Positions 57,181 through 64,000 of a DNA stretch of 64,000 nt are shown in pieces (the first letter of the stretch is position 1; every line of letters starts with the position of its first letter). The DNA comes from Eledone cirrhosa (Eukaryota). The stretch covers positions 369,830,001 through 369,894,000 of the forward strand of contig OZ024741.1 of the NCBI GenBank assembly GCA_964016885.1. Direction: 5' to 3'. The position numbers were made by a program, and so were the translations under genes. The notes beneath the pieces are model-generated. The model worked only from the letters and a program-made list of their open reading frames with translations, made no database searches and was not told where the DNA came from.

Positions 57181-58473
57181 AATGATCAAATGAGGTTTAT
57201 GTTTTAAACATAGACCGGAAAGAAATAATAAGAGTTGAAATGAATGCATGCAAAGCTTCACCGCACTAGCATCACGCCTTCATTGTCAGCCTATGAACAT
57301 TTCAGCCGACCGTCGTATATATATTGTTGTTATTAGTTAATCAAAAGTGCGGAGGAGGATCGGTAACTGTGACTTAGTGTTATTGATGTTTAATATTTGC
57401 AGCTGGCAGAGAACCCCCAAAATGTAGGCGGTGAGTGTTTGTATATAGCGTTGACTGTCAGAGTAGCAAGGAGTGGGTGAGAGAAGAAGAAAGTATAGGA
57501 GAGAGTGGAGGACCTGAGATGAGATTGGGAGGTAGATGATATATAAGTCGTTGTCGCTGAGGAGCACAGGAGCAAAGGCTATTGTAGTAGAGGTAGAAAT
57601 GGCAAAGTGGAGAGACTGCACGTCTGTATGTTATGGGTTGGTATTTGTAGTTTTCGAAATAATTTTTTTTTCGTCGCTTTATCTTTTAAACAATTTTTTT
57701 TTACTTTCTAGTTTTTCTTGATGTTGTTGAGGTTCTAGTTGTTTTTGAAGTAGTAACAGTTGCTGTTTTAGTATTAGTATTAGTAGTATTAGTAATAGTT
57801 GCGCACATAGATCTTTTGCCCCGTAGTTTTCCTTCTGTTGCAATGCATGTCTCTGAGGAATCAATATACTTTTTTCTTTCTTTTTTTTTCTCATTCTCTC
57901 CGTTTAGAAAGAACGCCGAGGTTTATAAGTTTATAGCTCCTCGCTGCTCTCCCTTTGTTAATTTATCAATGGACCTCTAGTCTCTAATCTTTATTTTTCA
58001 TTTTTTTATTTGTTTTTTGCGTTTGTTTTCACATTAACTTCAGATATTATTTGATATTCTGTAAATAGTTTATAAAAATGTCGAAGAAGGAAGGGACTTA
58101 TTGTCTGTCTTTTTTATATTCATTTTTTATGGTTCCTTGATTGTAAAATCGTTAGTATGTAATGTAACACTCATTTGTTTCTTCCCTGGCAGTCTTCAGA
58201 TCCACTTACGATACTCAATCAATTTGAAGGGCTTCTCGATTTTAATATCAGTTCACTTGATCAATTAAATAATTCGACTGAATAGACAGATTTTCATTTT
58301 TTTTCTTTATAGCTTAACCTTTCAAAGAACACACCATAGCTGGGTGTGTAGATAAGATAGTTGCCTCGTAACCACGAGATTTGCGGATCGATCTCACTGT
58401 ATGACAACTTGACCAAATCTTTTCTGTAGTTTTATGATGACCAATGACTTATAAGTGAAATTTAGTAGATGGA

Positions 58474-58506
<33 letters not shown>

Positions 58507-58691
58507 GTGTTTGCCTCCCAGTTCCCGCCCGTCCCTCAATCTTTCTAATTTCTCATTCTTTCTTCTGATGAAGGTAGCGTCCGAAACGTTATGACCCTCT
58601 TCCTGCTATTTCAATCGCTAATCTAATATATTCCTTCTATTTACTGTACAGTTTGTTTTGTTATCTCTCTTTACCTTTTACACACGCACAG

Positions 58692-58729
<38 letters not shown>

Positions 58730-58766
58730 TTATTTTTTAAGTGTGTGTTTTGACGCAAATGACCAT

Positions 58767-59112
58767 AATAATTGTTTCTAGTTATGGCACAAGGCCAGCA
58801 ATCACTCCAGTGCATTACTGGTTCTTTATTTTATCGATCCCGTAAGGATGAAAGGCAATGTTAACCTCGACGGGATTTGAATTCAGAATGTAAAGGGCCG
58901 TAACTCTATGCTGCAAAGCATCGCGTCTGACCCTCTACCGATACTGCCAATCCACTGCAAATGACCATAATAATTATTTCTACTTTGGGCACAAGGCCAC
59001 CAATTACCCAGTACATTACTGGTACTTTATTTTATCGACCCCGTAAGGATGAAAGGCAAAGTTAACCTCGGCGGGATTTGAACTCAGATCATAAAGGGAC
59101 GTAACTCTATGC
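58767..59112 (-). mobile_element. Two tandem SINE copies, the first bracketed by a direct repeat
   Basis: Same core as 50482-50703. GCAAATGACCATAATAATT occurs at ~58755 and ~58957. Confidence 0.85.
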
Positions 59113-59926
59113 TTCAATAGTCGGTCATTATATGTTATAATTTAGAAAATCGCTTTAAGTATTCCCGGAGAAGGAAAAAAGTTGACAGAGCAAGCTATGG
59201 GATATGGAACTCCGGATCAGTAGGATGGCGTGTTAGTGCCTCAACCACCGTGCTAAAATGCCACTGACAACCAATTCAGTCTTTCCAGAAATTTTAAGCC
59301 TGTAGCATTTATATATTATCTAAAATAGATGGGCAAGAAAGAAAGTGTGTGTATGTGTGTGAAAGAGAGAGAAACGGAACAAGACATACATACAGAAATA
59401 AAGAGAAAGAGATAAATAGAAAGATAGATAGATAAGTAAATAGATATACAGAGGATGGGGAAAGAAAGAGAGAGGGAGAGAAAGTCGGGAGAAGATTAAA
59501 GTCAAATTGAAGAATCCAGAAAAACACAGGTTGAAGACAGAAAATGACATATTTTAGAATGTGCCTTTAATTGTCACTAACATCAGGTTACTTATTTATC
59601 CCTTTCTCACTCCATTATAACTTTCAGTCTTTCTTAATTCAAACTCCTTAATTTTCTTTGCTTCACGTCAGTAGGATCTCGGATCTAGGATTACCCTGAG
59701 ACGCAATTGGAGAAATCCAAGACAAAACACATTAATGTCACACTTTAGAAGAAGGGGTTGACACAAGGTAATGCAAACAAACACAAACAAAGATTATACG
59801 ATACAAGACATCAATTACGCTGGAGGAGTTGAAGAACAACAGAATAACGCCAGTGGAATTTCAAATTTGATTATATATATATATATAGTTATACACCCCA
59901 TATATATATATATATATATATATATA

Positions 59927-61500
<1,574 letters not shown>

Positions 61501-62315
61501 TCTTTGTCTATATAACAGGCTGAATGCGTTGAGGCGCAAAACCCAACAAAACTTAAGTACCTGTATATATCACTGTTGTCACTAATTATACTTAACTCGT
61601 CCTATGGATTGAGTGTTCTTACCCTTGGGTAATTGTACTACAGTATACATATACATATATAATATATATATAAACACACACATATATATCGATATGCGAA
61701 CCATGTGTGGAGCTTCAAAAATACTAACACAGCGTCCCCCCATTAAATGGAGTGTAATTGAAAGACCCACCGCCTATGTAATTGGGACAAAGGTTTGCCA
61801 GCTGTGTAATTCGGAAAAGTGGGATATACTCTCGCAACTGGCTTCAAAGGAACACTTAAACACCCACCACGACTGCTTTAGTCGCTGTCCACACGAAGCA
61901 AAGTGCATTCTGAAATAATGGTATACAGCAGATTAATTGCATTTATTTTCTTCAACTTTTTAGCTCTAACTTTGCACTACACAAATTGGTCCCCCATTTT
62001 TTTTTCATAGTTACTTCCCTTTAAAGGATTTGTCTATTTATGGCTAAATTCGAGATTTTCTGTCCTGGAGAAACACTCTATGCCCTGGAAAAAACTGTAT
62101 TTTCTAAAAACAGAAATACCCATCTTTGTTTATATAACAGGGTAAATGCGTTGGGGCGCAAAACCCAACAAAACTTAAGTACCTGTATACATCACTGTTG
62201 TCAGTAATTATACTTAACTCGTCCTATGGATTGAGTGTTCTTACCCTTGGGTTGTACTACAGTATACATATACATATATAATATATATATAAACACACAC
62301 ATATATATTGATATA
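61501..62315 (+). mobile_element. Penelope-like 3' fragment between ~195-bp direct repeats
   Basis: IKWSVIERPTAY..GTKVCQLCNSEK..I....HLN...CFSRCPHEAK. 61501-61695 is repeated at ~62123-62315. Confidence 0.75.
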
Positions 62316-62691
62316 TATATAAACGTTTGGAGTTAGAAGGCCAAAACAATGCAGGTGTGGATATAGAATATAAATACAAATGCAAAAGATATTGCTGACA
62401 ATTAGTCTTTTACCTTAAATTTATTTGAATATCCTTAATTTTCGAGATAATATCTCTTCTTCGGAGGGAAGTAAAGGGGTTAATCCAGTGTTCTAATTAG
62501 CTTGCTAAGTCATGCTGACAGGAAATAGTATAAAAATTCCATTCTATTTCTATGTCAAAGAGTGAAGGTTAGGTGGATAAAGGGTTGTCTCCCTTTAAAA
62601 GGATTTGGATATGTATGTCTAAGTGTGTGTGGGAGAATAAAGCGATGAAATGCCTATGATGGTTGGAAGATCACTGATGAAGGACAAACTT

Positions 62692-62769
<78 letters not shown>

Positions 62770-62847
62770 GTATACTATATATATATAAATATGTATACTA
62801 ATAGATACATACATATATACACATACGCGCACTCGCCCCCCCCCACC

Positions 62848-62926
<79 letters not shown>

Positions 62927-63276
62927 CATATATATGTAAACATACAACTATCTGAAGAGAACATGTCAGCAGGTTATCATACTACCACTCTCACATCTAC
63001 GAAATACATATAACAGAACTATGTAATAAACAGATTTACACATAAAACTGCCTCTCTTACTCATAATATATATATATTTCCTCTGTTTTCCTCTGTCCAG
63101 ATAACTTATTTTAGTTATCGCTCGCACAGATTTTAGGTATCTAGTCTTTAATGCGAAGAAATACCAACGATAATCAGCAGACTACTGATGACGTCTATTT
63201 TTATTCATATGTTCATATTCGCAACAACGCAGCACGGCATTTTACATATATATATATATTGTTATACTCAGAAACG

Positions 63277-63386
<110 letters not shown>

Positions 63387-64000
63387 GCGTGTGCGTTTGT
63401 GTATGTATGTATATATATATGTGTAGTTATATATATATATGTAGTTATACATATATATGTATGTATGTATATATGTGTATGTATATGTATGTATATGTGT
63501 ATATATATATATTTGCTGAATTCTTTATTGTAGAGTTTTTTCGGAATGTTTTTGACTGTTATTTCATGTAAACAAACATTCGTCTCATTCTGACGTCACC
63601 AGCCCTGTCTCCACATGTGCGTTTTATTTTCATAATTACGCATATAATTGGCATATTATAATCAGTGAGATTTTGGTTATCGTGTCGAGCTCTGCTGATG
63701 ATCCAACCGTGACCACCCCCACTGAAAGTTTCGTGAAATAGTCTTTTCAAGACTATACAGAGCATTTGTAGTTTTTCCAAATTGAAGGATGAGTATTTTA
63801 AACTTTATTTTATCATGAGCTAAGGCTCTATTTCCCTGGATTTCACTAAATTATGTGTGATGAATCTATATCCTGATTCTTTTTGAATTGAGTTTGAATT
63901 ATTTTTCCCGCATCTTACATTAACTATTTTCCCATTTTGACGTTATAGTCACTTATATATTATGAAATACTGTGTGCTTCTTGCTCATAATAATTTCTAT

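Noticed and set aside
57300-57900. Possible minus-strand LINE ORF1 relic
   Set aside because: Only compositional resemblance, with no diagnostic motif found.

Overview
This is repeat-saturated, microsatellite-rich eukaryotic DNA, probably from an octopus or other coleoid cephalopod (inferred from the SINE sequence and the (TA)n/(CA)n density). I can support no host protein-coding gene; nearly all short ORFs in the track are microsatellite artefacts. The window holds: (1) five head-to-tail Tx1-clade LINE copies at 13.0-27.1 kb, each bounded by (ATCT)n; (2) a Penelope-like element (RT + GIY-YIG) with ~375-bp inverted termini, many further Penelope remnants and fold-backs, and about a dozen intact or degenerate hammerhead ribozyme motifs; (3) an intact 1181-aa RTE LINE with five non-autonomous derivatives tied to (TATG)n; (4) non-autonomous Helitrons, SINEs, a CR1-like relic and an R4/Dong-like fragment in (TAA)n. 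The most striking signal is a 185-bp hairpin (39581-39955) in the 3' UTR of the intact RTE. By hand count it has 129 Watson-Crick pairs, 56 G.T wobbles, no other mismatch and no indel, and a paralogue at 32.1 kb shows the changes run mostly A-to-G on both arms. It looks like an ADAR-hyper-edited RNA reverse-transcribed back into the genome by its host LINE.
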